Source of the DNA: Bacteroidota bacterium
GTDB lineage: Bacteria; Bacteroidota; Ignavibacteria; Kapaibacteriales; UBA2268
Length of the DNA stretch: 62,739 bases
Assembly: GCA_009777815.1 (NCBI GenBank)
Contig: WRLB01000001.1
Span: forward strand, 1 to 62,739
Direction of reading: 5' to 3'
Shown here: positions 26,173 through 35,415 of the stretch, piece by piece
Layout of the letters: each line of letters begins with the position of its first letter
Numbering within the stretch: the first letter of the stretch is position 1
Program-made: the position numbers and the translations under genes
Notes under the pieces: generated by a model
The model's input: only the letters and a program-made list of their open reading frames with translations
Told to the model about the DNA's origin: nothing
The model's database searches: none

Positions 26173-27813
26173 ATGAATATGCGTAAAGAAATAATTATCA
26201 ACTCCGCAATAAATGAACTCCGTATCGCAATCACTGAAGACGGACATTTGGCTGAATATTTTATAGAATTGCCCGAGCGGGAGAAGGTTCTCGGCAATGT
26301 TTATTATGGCAAGATAAAAAGAGTAATTCAAGGGATAGGTGCAGCATTTATTGATTTAGGGAAGGAACAAGATGCTTTTTTATCGTTTTCAGATGTAGAT
26401 TTATCTTATACTTACTCTGACGCAGATGCAGATGCGGATGAGATAGAAAAAGAGGATTACGAAGTTGATAAAGAAGATTACGAGGATTTAGCGGCGAGCA
26501 ACCCTGCAGAAGAGAATAGCAAAACAGATGAGGGGGTGAAGCGGGATTTAGCGGTTTTTAATACAAGATATTCGGGTGATATCTTTCTTAATTTGCAAGA
26601 GGGTAAAGAGATATTGGTTCAAGCAGTTCGGGAGCCATACGGGCGTAAAGGTATGCGTGTGACTACTGAAATTGGCATTCCGGGGAGATATGTTGTTTTG
26701 CTTCCTTTTGAGAACTCTATCGGTATATCAAAACGGATTTGGAACATATCGGAGCGTAAAAGATTAAGACGTATAGCACGGAGCGTATTGCCACAGGGAT
26801 TTGGCTGCATAATCAGAACAGCATCATTAAATAGAAAAGATGGTGAATTATTGGACGACTGGTATAATGTTCTTACGAATTGGAAGAGAATAGAGCAAAA
26901 GATACAATTAGCACGGATAACGCAAACACCATCGCTTGTTTATCAAGATATGACGCTTGCTACAAGCATAATTAGGGATTACTTTACTAAAAATATATCA
27001 CGTGTTATTGTAGATTCAAATAAGTTATATAATACAATTGTTTCGTATTTAGAAATAGCGGACCCTAAATCACTTAACAAAATAGAATATTATAAGGGAC
27101 ATAAGCCGATATTTGAAGTTTTTTCTATAGAAAAAGAGTTAGCAAGAACAAGTAAAAGAGTTTTATCATTGCCGAGCGGCGGCGATATAGTTATAGATAA
27201 AACAGAAGCATTAACAGTAATTGATGTTAATTCAGGGCGGTCGAACGATACAGATAGAGATAAAAATGCTTTGCAGACAAATCTCGAAGCCGCTTATGAA
27301 ATTACTAAACAAATACGCTTAAGGGACATCGGTGGGATAATAGTCGTAGATTTTATAGATATGATAAACGAAAATAATAATAACAAATTGTATAAAGAGA
27401 TGATTAATCTTATAAGATATGATAGGTCTAAAGCCACAATATACCCAATAACTCAACTCGGTTTAATGCAAATTACTCGTCAAAGGATGCAACTTAATCT
27501 TGCAGATAAAGTAAGCACCAATTGTCCTACTTGTTATGGTGCGGGCAGAATTATTTCTAATTCTACGATACTTAATTCTATTGAGAAATGGTTAAAAAAA
27601 TATACGGTTAAGAAAAACGATTTTAAGGTAGAATTATTAGTTCATCCCCAGACGGCAGAATTTCTTACCGCAGGCGATTATCCGATATCAACCAAACTAA
27701 TGCTTAAATACTTTATAAAGTTAATTATACTGCAAGTAGATACAATGCCTATTGATAGTTTTAGGATGCATTCTTTCAGAACCCAAAAAGATATAACAAA
27801 CGATTATATGTAA
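26173..27813 (+). CDS. rng: Ribonuclease G/E family endoribonuclease
   Basis: 546 aa. S1 domain GNVYYGKIKRVIQGIGAAFIDLG. Catalytic region TEALTVIDVNSGR, DIGGIIVVDFIDM. Zn-link-like CPTCYGAGR. Contains an acidic insertion (DADADADEIEKEDYEVDKEDYED). Confidence 0.9.
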   Translation: MNMRKEIIINSAINELRIAITEDGHLAEYFIELPEREKVLGNVYYGKIKRVIQGIGAAFIDLGKEQDAFLSFSDVDLSYTYSDADADADEIEKEDYEVDKEDYEDLAASNPAEENSKTDEGVKRDLAVFNTRYSGDIFLNLQEGKEILVQAVREPYGRKGMRVTTEIGIPGRYVVLLPFENSIGISKRIWNISERKRLRRIARSVLPQGFGCIIRTASLNRKDGELLDDWYNVLTNWKRIEQKIQLARITQTPSLVYQDMTLATSIIRDYFTKNISRVIVDSNKLYNTIVSYLEIADPKSLNKIEYYKGHKPIFEVFSIEKELARTSKRVLSLPSGGDIVIDKTEALTVIDVNSGRSNDTDRDKNALQTNLEAAYEITKQIRLRDIGGIIVVDFIDMINENNNNKLYKEMINLIRYDRSKATIYPITQLGLMQITRQRMQLNLADKVSTNCPTCYGAGRIISNSTILNSIEKWLKKYTVKKNDFKVELLVHPQTAEFLTAGDYPISTKLMLKYFIKLIILQVDTMPIDSFRMHSFRTQKDITNDYM

Positions 27814-27844
27814 TAGACGCAGACATAGGTTCGGCAGGGCATTT

Positions 27845-28315
27845 TTAGATGCTACCTATATGTTTTTCTTTTCTAATGCTTTGAAAGAAATCAACAAGCA
27901 AAGATTTACATTTATCGGCATTTATGCCAAAATAAACTTCACAATTATGATTAAAACGCTTGTCCTGAATCACATTAATTACACTGCCACAAGCACCACT
28001 TTTACCATCTTCTGCTCCAATATAAATACGTCTTGGTCTTGCTAATGCTATTGCACCTGCACACATAACACACGGCTCAAGCGTAGTATAAATCTCACAA
28101 TCAGTTAAGTATTTAGTTTTTAAAATATTTATAGCAGTATGAATAGCAATAATTTCAGCATGATATAGCGGATTGTTTAATGCTTGTATTTTATTATGTG
28201 CTTTAGCAATAATTTCATTATTTTTCACAATAATTGCTCCTACAGGCACGTCATTAGTATCTTTTGTCTTAATTGCTTCTTCGATAGCAATATCCATATA
28301 GTGTTGAACAGACAT
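27845..28315 (-). CDS. tadA: tRNA-specific adenosine deaminase
   Basis: HAEIIAI and TLEPCVMCAGAI zinc motifs. The ATG at 28315 is preferred because the TTG at 28351 lies inside the TAATTTTG box (28349-28356, minus strand). Confidence 0.9.
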   Translation of the reverse strand: MSVQHYMDIAIEEAIKTKDTNDVPVGAIIVKNNEIIAKAHNKIQALNNPLYHAEIIAIHTAINILKTKYLTDCEIYTTLEPCVMCAGAIALARPRRIYIGAEDGKSGACGSVINVIQDKRFNHNCEVYFGINADKCKSLLVDFFQSIRKEKHIGSI

Positions 28316-28455
28316 AATTTTAATATGAGTTTTAGTAATTATTTGTTGCAAAATTACATATTTTTTAACGAGGATTTCATTATATCAAAATTAATATTCT
28401 AACAGATAACTTCGGTTTTGCTGTTTTTTTTATATAAAAAAAATGCTGATATGAT

Positions 28456-29439
28456 TTATTTTTTCATAGTTTTTTTCTTTTTGTTGGATTGCAATTTTTG
28501 TTTGTATCTATATTTTTCTATTATGGAGCGTGTATCTATTTTGAGTTGTAGTTCTCTTTTTTCTTTCAAATCGTAGAGGTATTTAGATAATTCGGCAGAA
28601 AATAGCATAATGAAGCAAAAGTAAAATAGCCACACTAACATAGTTATTATTGCAGCGTAAGTGCCATAAAATTTGGAATAATTGGACAGCCCCGATATAT
28701 ACCATGTAAATAAATATTTTGCTAATTCGGTAGAAAAAACAGCAATTAGTGTAGCATTTATAGAAATTCTGTGTATCATTTTTGTTTTTGATGAAGGAAT
28801 TATCCAGTAAATGAAATAGAAAAATACGAACGAAACCGATATGTTCATCAGCAAAACCATTGCTTTAGATAGCCATATATTTACTTCTTCGGGCGCTATA
28901 GAGACACTGTTTATGAACGATGTAGCAAAACTAAATACAGGTAGCAAAACGGCATACAAAATTATTAAAATGTTAAGCAATATAGTCATACCTATATCCT
29001 TAACTTTGGTTTTGAAATAATGTGGCTGTTCCAAACGAAATATGTGCGTAATGCAGGTATTTAGCGTGCTGATGACCGTAGAAGACAGCCATAAAAGTAT
29101 TACAAAACCGAGTATTCCAAAGAATTTATGACTGCCTGCGATATTGTTTATCTCGGATACTATCCCGTTAAGCAATTTTGCATGATTTTCTATGCCTGGT
29201 AGATAACTTTGTATAAGGTATTCGGTGGTAGCGATAAGGACTTCTCGCTCTACAAATATGTTCACAAATAGCACTAATATTAGCACTAAAGGTATAATGT
29301 ATAAGAGGATATTAAATGCTATTCCACCTGCCAGAACAAATAATTTATGCTCACTGATGCTACTTCCTAATTCATAAATAAAATTAAAACCTTTCGATTT
29401 CTCTAATTTATTATACAATTCAATAATTTTCTTTATCAA
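28456..29439 (-). CDS. YihY/BrkB (ribonuclease BN-like) family membrane protein
   Basis: 327 aa, about 6 TM. C-terminal YGTYAAIITMLVWLFYFCFIMLFSAELSKY is typical of the family. TTG start. Confidence 0.75.
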   Translation of the reverse strand: MIKKIIELYNKLEKSKGFNFIYELGSSISEHKLFVLAGGIAFNILLYIIPLVLILVLFVNIFVEREVLIATTEYLIQSYLPGIENHAKLLNGIVSEINNIAGSHKFFGILGFVILLWLSSTVISTLNTCITHIFRLEQPHYFKTKVKDIGMTILLNILIILYAVLLPVFSFATSFINSVSIAPEEVNIWLSKAMVLLMNISVSFVFFYFIYWIIPSSKTKMIHRISINATLIAVFSTELAKYLFTWYISGLSNYSKFYGTYAAIITMLVWLFYFCFIMLFSAELSKYLYDLKEKRELQLKIDTRSIIEKYRYKQKLQSNKKKKTMKK

Positions 29440-29522
29440 CTATACGACTCATTGATTAAAACTTCAACAAAAATAATGAAAAATTATTTTTATTTTTGTA
29501 AAAAATTATCTTATTATTAATT

Positions 29523-30269
29523 ATGTGTAATAGATTTAGTAACAAAGTTGCCGTAGTTACAGGTGGATGTCGCGGCATAGGTAAAGCAATAGTAGAAAGG
29601 TTTCTTAATGAAGGTGCAAAGGTTTATGCACTTGATTATGCTATACCAAATTCTAATGAAGTATTTATAGAAAACAGCAATTTTTCTGATAATATTTTTA
29701 TCAAACAACTTGATGTAACTAATTTTGAGCAAGTCCAAAAAGTTATAGACGAAATAATTAAAGAAGCAGGCAGAATTGATTTTCTTATTAATAATGCGGG
29801 AATTACTCGTGATAACCTTCTTATTAGGATGGAAGAAAAAGATTGGGATGCAGTATTGAATACTAATTTGAAGGGTGTATTTTGCTGCACTAAAGCAACT
29901 ATTAGGCAGATGATGAGCCAAAAATATGGTAGAATTATCAATATGGGGTCAGTAGTTGGTGTTATGGGAAATGCAGGACAAACTAATTATTCCGCTTCAA
30001 AAGCAGGATTAATCGGTTTTACTAAATCCATCGCTAAAGAATATGGTGGCAAAAATATTTTGTGTAATTATGTTGCGCCGGGTTATGTAGAAACGCCAAT
30101 GACTGATGTTCTTTCTGATGCTGTTAAAGAAGAATATCTTAAAAATATTCCTTTAAAACGTGCTGCTACACCTGTGGATATTGCAAATGTCGTTGCATTT
30201 TTTTGTTCGGAAGACGCAAGTTATTTAACAGGACAAGTAGTTCATATTGATGGTGGTATGGTAATGTAA
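29523..30269 (+). CDS. fabG: 3-oxoacyl-[acyl-carrier-protein] reductase
   Basis: 248 aa SDR. VAVVTGGCRGIGKAI, NNAGITRD, YSASKAG, PGYVETPMT. TATTTTTG at 29491-29498. Confidence 0.88.
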   Translation: MCNRFSNKVAVVTGGCRGIGKAIVERFLNEGAKVYALDYAIPNSNEVFIENSNFSDNIFIKQLDVTNFEQVQKVIDEIIKEAGRIDFLINNAGITRDNLLIRMEEKDWDAVLNTNLKGVFCCTKATIRQMMSQKYGRIINMGSVVGVMGNAGQTNYSASKAGLIGFTKSIAKEYGGKNILCNYVAPGYVETPMTDVLSDAVKEEYLKNIPLKRAATPVDIANVVAFFCSEDASYLTGQVVHIDGGMVM

Positions 30270-30535
30270 ATGCACAATTTGTTTTGCTAAATTTTTATGA
30301 AATACTTTTATTATCGTTTTTTCAAAAAAACACATATTTTCATTAATTTAAAATACTTTTACATAATTTTTAGTAATAACTACTACAATGTAGCAAATTA
30401 TTTCATAATAAATAATAAAAATTAAAAATATATAAATTATTTTAAAAATATATTTTATATTTGTATGTTCTATAATTTAAAAATATAGAAAATTTTCTTA
30501 GACATTTTTTTATAATAATATATGGAGTTGCATTA

Positions 30536-31876
30536 ATGGCAGCAAAATTAAAAAAACAATTTGAAGAATACCAAACTGGCGCACAGCATTTAGTCGTGTT
30601 GCTTATAATGATTGTTGGATTCTTCTGTTTATATCAATTCATTGTAATTCCGAATGTTTTCGGAACATTTATTAATTCTTTATTTGCACCGTATGGTGAA
30701 ATGCTCGAAAAAACGGGCTTCGAAGAATTTAAAGACGGCGTAAAAGCTTCTGTTCCTAAAGATGCTGAACATCAAAATTACGCCAATATAGAAATCAATG
30801 GAGAATTGATTACCAAAGAATATATCTTTGATTGTTCTTGGAAAGAAAGAAAAACCGTAGAACACGGTTATGCAAAAGGGGCAAATGAATTTTATTTCAA
30901 ATGTCCTAAACTTGGCGAAAGTGCTATTATCATTGAGCCGTGGGTGTGCCTATGGCTATTAGCATTAGTATTGTCAGTAATATCTGCTTTACTGATAAGT
31001 ATGTTTATGCCTATCGGTATAGGTTATATGTCCGCCCTATTCTACGGACAAATCTATGCTACAGAAGTTAAACTACGCCTACAGACGGGCTTTACAGACA
31101 GAATTATAGAACTGTTAGTTATGCCCGATGAACAGTTTCGCAATGTAGACAACAACGAAGCACGTTCAGTATTCAGAGCAATATGGGATAGAACCGTCAC
31201 CGAAGACCTCGCATCTACCCATGTAATGCAAAACTTTGACGACATCTATTATGATGAAGTTGACAACGTTACGTTCAGAAATGAAATTATCTACAAAAGA
31301 ATTAAAGAGTTCTATTCTGACTTCCTATTAAAAGAAATAGAAGATACTAAAGCAGGTATCAGATGGTCTGAAAACCATTTTCTTGTATTTAACGGATTAA
31401 CGTTGTATATGTCTCACCACTTCTGCGAAAAATACCAAAACATCGTTACAGGTATGGCTTATGGTGGTGCTGCATTCCTTATCGTGTTTATCGGTATTAG
31501 AGGACTAAAATTTATTCCTGCCGACAAACCTTCTTTCATATTTTTAGCAATTATCCTTGAGTTCAGTATGCTTATGTTGATGGCTGTAACATTGCTATTC
31601 ACCGAAGGCGAAGAAAGAATGGACAAAATAATGAAGAAAATGGAAGACGCTAACAAGAGTTCGCTGGAAACTCAAAGAGTCCAAGCAGAAGATATGCACA
31701 TGCTCACAAACGCTCTCGTAGGACAAACTTCAGCACTTATCAAAGACAGAGTAGAAAAAGCAATTGAAGAGTTTATGACCTCTAACGATGAAGTCGAAAA
31801 GAAAATTGCAGGGGCAGTCGCAGATAAGATTCTTGTCAGTTTAAGAAGCAATAAAGAATTAGAATATAAAAAATAA
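30536..31876 (+). CDS. Hypothetical polytopic membrane protein with C-terminal coiled-coil
   Basis: 446 aa. TM segments near residues 20-45, 140-175 and 310-360. Own -7 box (30456-30463), TGGAG Shine-Dalgarno and a strong terminator. No family recognised. Confidence 0.6.
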   Translation: MAAKLKKQFEEYQTGAQHLVVLLIMIVGFFCLYQFIVIPNVFGTFINSLFAPYGEMLEKTGFEEFKDGVKASVPKDAEHQNYANIEINGELITKEYIFDCSWKERKTVEHGYAKGANEFYFKCPKLGESAIIIEPWVCLWLLALVLSVISALLISMFMPIGIGYMSALFYGQIYATEVKLRLQTGFTDRIIELLVMPDEQFRNVDNNEARSVFRAIWDRTVTEDLASTHVMQNFDDIYYDEVDNVTFRNEIIYKRIKEFYSDFLLKEIEDTKAGIRWSENHFLVFNGLTLYMSHHFCEKYQNIVTGMAYGGAAFLIVFIGIRGLKFIPADKPSFIFLAIILEFSMLMLMAVTLLFTEGEERMDKIMKKMEDANKSSLETQRVQAEDMHMLTNALVGQTSALIKDRVEKAIEEFMTSNDEVEKKIAGAVADKILVSLRSNKELEYKK

Positions 31877-31902
31877 TTATTGTTTCATTTTGTTTATTTT
31901 TA

Positions 31903-31929
31903 AAAGACATCTTCGGATGTCTTTTTTTT
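31903..31929 (+). terminator. Rho-independent terminator after 30536..31876
   Basis: AAAGACATC-TTCG-GATGTCTTT followed by a T-run. Confidence 0.85.
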
Positions 31930-32107
31930 GTCAGTGTTCATTTTAAGGAACATAATATTTTTATATTCTCCCTGTCATAGATTATCATTTTTTTGTTATT
32001 TTTGTATAATTTTTTAGATTAAATTAACATTAAATTATGTTAAAAGTAGATATCAATGACAGTGGAGAGTATAGCAGAAAAAAAAGAATAAAAGAAATAT
32101 AACACGC

Positions 32108-32203
32108 AAACAATTTTTTTATAATATATAACGATAACCCCTTATTTCTCGGAGTAGAAAAAGTATAGATGTTTTTATTTCTAAAAAAAGTGTATTTTTG
32201 TAA
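32108..32203 (+). repeat. Cassette-head direct repeat C1 (96 bp, includes a promoter box)
   Basis: AAACAATTTTTTTATAATATATAACGATAACCCCTTATTTCTCGGAGTAGAAAAAGTATAGATGTTTTTATTTCTAAAAAAAGTGTATTTTTGTAA. About 5 mismatches to C2. Confidence 0.95.
32193..32200 (+). promoter_or_regulatory. -7 box of R-M cassette 1
   Basis: TATTTTTG, 11 nt before the ATG at 32211. Lies within repeat C1. Confidence 0.45.
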
Positions 32204-32210
32204 ATAAACT

Positions 32211-32525
32211 ATGTATAAAGAACAAGAACATTTAACACTAAATAATAAACGAACACAAGGACAATATTTTACTAAATATAATCCATTTGAAAATGAAGGG
32301 TTTTTAGAATGGGCAGAAAAGTACAACCTTAAAGAACAAACTATACTTGAACCTTTTGCGGGTGCTAATAATTTAATAGATATGTTGAATGATAGATTAG
32401 CACGATTTAGAGAAGACACAAATGATATATTTTTAACTCCTTTCAAAGGATTAAGAAAAGATAATAAATATAGACGGCGCTTGGATTATGCTTTGGCAAG
32501 GAAGTTAATAAGTGAGGTGGCTTGA
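32211..32525 (+). pseudogene. N-terminal fragment of a gamma-class N6-adenine DNA methyltransferase (truncated after motif I)
   Basis: 104 aa. QGQYFTK (motif X-like GQYFTP) and ILEPFAGANNL (motif I), but no NPPY. The TGA overlaps the dcm ATG (TGATG). Confidence 0.55.
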
Positions 32526-33703
32526 TGTTTAAAGTAGTATCTTTGTTTTGTGGTGCAGGCGGATTAGATTTGGGTTTTAAAAAGCAAAAATTTAAAATTA
32601 TGTTTGCAAATGATTTTGATAAAGATTCCTGTGAAACATATAAAAACAATATAGATAAAAATGTTTTATGTCAGGATATAAAAGAAATAGAAAGTTTATC
32701 TATTCCTGATAATTGTGACGTTGTTTTAGGAGGGTTCCCGTGTCAGGGGTTTTCGGTTGCAAATAACAAAAGATATATAGATGACCCAAGAAATTATTTA
32801 TATAAAGAAATGTTAAGGGTAATTAAAGATAAAAAACCGAAGATATTTGTGGGAGAGAATGTAAAAGGTATGATGACTTTGGCAAAAGGGAAAGCGTTCA
32901 AACAAATACAAGAAGATTTTCAAAGTATTGGTTACGATGTAGAAGCAAAACTGCTTAATACCGCTGATTTTGGTGTCCCCCAAAACAGATTTAGAATTAT
33001 TATTATTGGCAATAATATTAATGTTAAAAATATATTTCCTGACGATATTAAGAAAAAGGTTAGAAAACTAAAAACAACAGAAAATGCAATAAAAGATTTA
33101 AAAGATATTCCAATATCTTATAATCCAATTTGTATAGCCAATAAAAAAATTTATAATCATATAGCATTTCAGAATGTTAGTGATAAATTTTTAGGTAGAA
33201 AATATAGTATAAACCAACACGATATATGTGACTATTTGAAAGAATGGCGAAATAAAAGAAAAATTTCAACAAAAAAAATAGATGAGATTTTTGGTTATAG
33301 GCACACAGCAGGTCATTGGTTCAGAAAAGATAATAATTCAGGTTCTATTCCTAAACCAAGTGATTGGTGGCGGTTAAAAAAAATATTAGATTTTGATGAT
33401 AAATATGATAAGCAAGTAACAACCCTTGAAGAGAAACAAATAACTTTTGACCAATCTTTAAGAATTGTAAATTGGGATACTCCAAGCGATACAATAACGG
33501 CTTCTATACCAGAAATTCATATTAACAGAGAAAGACGTTTGTCCGTTAGAGAATGTGCTAGATTACAAACTTTTCCTGATAAATTTGTATTTTATGGCAG
33601 TTTAAATAGTATGCACAGACAGGTTGGCAACGCTGTTCCCGTTAAGTTTGCTGTAATAATTGCAAAATGTGTTAAATTAATGTTAGAAGGAGAAAAATGT
33701 TAA
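32525..33703 (+). CDS. dcm: DNA (cytosine-5)-methyltransferase
   Basis: Motifs LFCGAGG (I), GGFPCQGFS (IV), ENV (VI), QNRFR (VIII), GNAVP (X). GAGGTGG Shine-Dalgarno upstream. ATG at 32525 (TTG at 32522 also possible). Confidence 0.93.
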   Translation: MFKVVSLFCGAGGLDLGFKKQKFKIMFANDFDKDSCETYKNNIDKNVLCQDIKEIESLSIPDNCDVVLGGFPCQGFSVANNKRYIDDPRNYLYKEMLRVIKDKKPKIFVGENVKGMMTLAKGKAFKQIQEDFQSIGYDVEAKLLNTADFGVPQNRFRIIIIGNNINVKNIFPDDIKKKVRKLKTTENAIKDLKDIPISYNPICIANKKIYNHIAFQNVSDKFLGRKYSINQHDICDYLKEWRNKRKISTKKIDEIFGYRHTAGHWFRKDNNSGSIPKPSDWWRLKKILDFDDKYDKQVTTLEEKQITFDQSLRIVNWDTPSDTITASIPEIHINRERRLSVRECARLQTFPDKFVFYGSLNSMHRQVGNAVPVKFAVIIAKCVKLMLEGEKC

Positions 33704-34449
33704 ATAATTTAGATTTAGAAAAAATAGAAAGTAAATATTTAGAAAAATTTTATCATTTTTTAAAATTTACTGAAGATGAAATGCTAAAAGGATTACAAAC
33801 AAAAGAAAAAATTAAAGATGATTGGTATAAATATTGGAATAGTGGGGCCGGTTCTAGTGATTTTGATATCGGTGCCGAAAGAATAGTATATGCTTTATTT
33901 AATGGAAAAGGTATAGGGCAACCTAATTCTTGTCCAATAGGAAGTGATTTGTTTTTTGAAGTAGATGATGCTTTTATACATATTGATTTAAAAACAGTTC
34001 AAACAAGAAATGTTGGTGATTATAACACTTCCATTTTTGTAGGTGCAAATCAAAACAGTTATAATGGCGATATGATTGTAAATAGAACTGAAATTAGAAA
34101 ATATGGACCACATTTGCCACATTATTATACTTGTGGTAAAATAAAAAAACCTTGTTTAACATATTTTGTAACTATTTTATATGAAGATATAAAATTAGAT
34201 ATTCTGAATATAAATTTATTATGTATGCCAAATGGTCAGTTAATAAATGAATATAGGACAGATGTTTTAAAAGCAGGTAAATTGGTTACGCAAACAAGAT
34301 TTAATTTTTCAAAAACATTAGATTTTAGATTATTAAAAAATAAAAAAAGAGTGAAAATTGTTTATATGAATGAAAATAAAATATTAAAAGATGATAAGTT
34401 GAAAAAAGGATTAAACTTATTATTAGATGTTTATAAAGAACAAAAATAG
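33697..34449 (+). CDS. Putative type II restriction endonuclease partnered with the C5-MTase
   Basis: 250 aa. Overlaps dcm by 7 nt and has a GGAG Shine-Dalgarno. PD-(D/E)XK-like GSDLFFEVDDAFIHIDLK. No other family recognised. Confidence 0.5.
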   Translation: MLNNLDLEKIESKYLEKFYHFLKFTEDEMLKGLQTKEKIKDDWYKYWNSGAGSSDFDIGAERIVYALFNGKGIGQPNSCPIGSDLFFEVDDAFIHIDLKTVQTRNVGDYNTSIFVGANQNSYNGDMIVNRTEIRKYGPHLPHYYTCGKIKKPCLTYFVTILYEDIKLDILNINLLCMPNGQLINEYRTDVLKAGKLVTQTRFNFSKTLDFRLLKNKKRVKIVYMNENKILKDDKLKKGLNLLLDVYKEQK

Positions 34450-34550
34450 TAACTAAAAAGATTAACAGATAACAAAACAAGTTTCGTCTTAACAATAAAC
34501 GAATTAATGGATTTTTTGAAAGAAATAAAGTAAAATACAAATAAAACAGC

Positions 34551-34646
34551 AAACAATTTTTTTATAATATATAATGATAACCCCTTATTTCTCGGAGCAG
34601 AAAAAGTATAGATGTTTTTATTTCTAAAAAAATCTTATTTTTGTAA
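34551..34646 (+). repeat. Cassette-head direct repeat C2 (96 bp, includes a promoter box)
   Basis: Same sequence as C1 with about 5 mismatches. Confidence 0.95.
34636..34643 (+). promoter_or_regulatory. -7 box of R-M cassette 2
   Basis: TATTTTTG, 14 nt before the ATG at 34657. Confidence 0.45.
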
Positions 34647-34656
34647 TATTGTTAAA

Positions 34657-35415
34657 ATGGAAATCATAAATAAAGTTTTTTGTGGTGATAGAATAGAAGT
34701 AATAAATAAGTTGCCTGAAGAGTCAGTGCATTTGATAATTACATCGCCGCCGTATAATGTTGGAATTGCTTATGATAATCATAATGATACAATGCCGTAT
34801 AACGAGTATTTGGAATTTTTAAATGAAACTTGGGAAGCGTGCTATAAGATATTAGTTAATGGTGGCAGAATAGCAATAAATATACCAAGTGTTACGGCTG
34901 ATGGTTGTTATCAACCGCTTTTTTCTGATGTTATACAGCAAATGAAAAAGATTGGCTATATTATGCGAGGCGATATTTTGTGGTATAAGCAATCTATTTC
35001 TAAAAGAACTGCTTGGGGAAGTTGGAAAAGTCCAAGTAATCCATATGTTGTGCAACCATATGAATTTGTGCTAACGTTTTCAAAAGGAACAAAGAAATTA
35101 GAAGGAGATAAAGAAATGATTGATATTACAAAAGAAGAGTTTATAGAATATTCAAATTCTTTTTGGTCAATAAAACCGCAAACACAACCCAAAGGACATC
35201 CTGTGCCTTTTCCAGAGGAGTTAGTTTATAGGTTAATAAAATTTTATACTTATAAAAATAATATAGTGTTGGACCCTTTTGGTGGAAGTGGAACAGTTGC
35301 TGTTGTAGCACAAAAAACAGGTAGAAATTTTATTTATATAGATAAGTCATTAGAATATTGTAAATTAGCAGAACAATTTATTTTAGAACAAAAGGAGAAT
35401 ATATTTTATGTTTAA
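34657..35415 (+). CDS. Beta-class N4/N6 DNA methyltransferase (SPPY type, likely N4-cytosine)
   Basis: Motif IV IITSPPYN precedes motif I VLDPFGGSGTVAVVAQKTGRNFIYID (the N6_N4_Mtase order). Start at MEIINKVFCGD, because the upstream ATG at 34612 lies within the repeat/promoter. Confidence 0.88.
   Translation: MEIINKVFCGDRIEVINKLPEESVHLIITSPPYNVGIAYDNHNDTMPYNEYLEFLNETWEACYKILVNGGRIAINIPSVTADGCYQPLFSDVIQQMKKIGYIMRGDILWYKQSISKRTAWGSWKSPSNPYVVQPYEFVLTFSKGTKKLEGDKEMIDITKEEFIEYSNSFWSIKPQTQPKGHPVPFPEELVYRLIKFYTYKNNIVLDPFGGSGTVAVVAQKTGRNFIYIDKSLEYCKLAEQFILEQKENIFYV

Noticed and set aside
31967-32068. Inverted repeat TCTCCCTGTCAT ... ATGACAGTGGAGA (one mismatch) spanning about 100 bp left of repeat C1
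   Set aside because: Short arms with one mismatch, an AT-rich loop and no second copy seen. It could mark an element end, but the evidence is too thin to call.
32030-32446. Minus-strand ORFs 32030..32446 and 36125..36379 sharing the peptide FSTPRNKGLSLYIIKKLF
   Set aside because: The shared peptide is just the reverse translation of the cassette-head direct repeat. Neither ORF has independent coding support.
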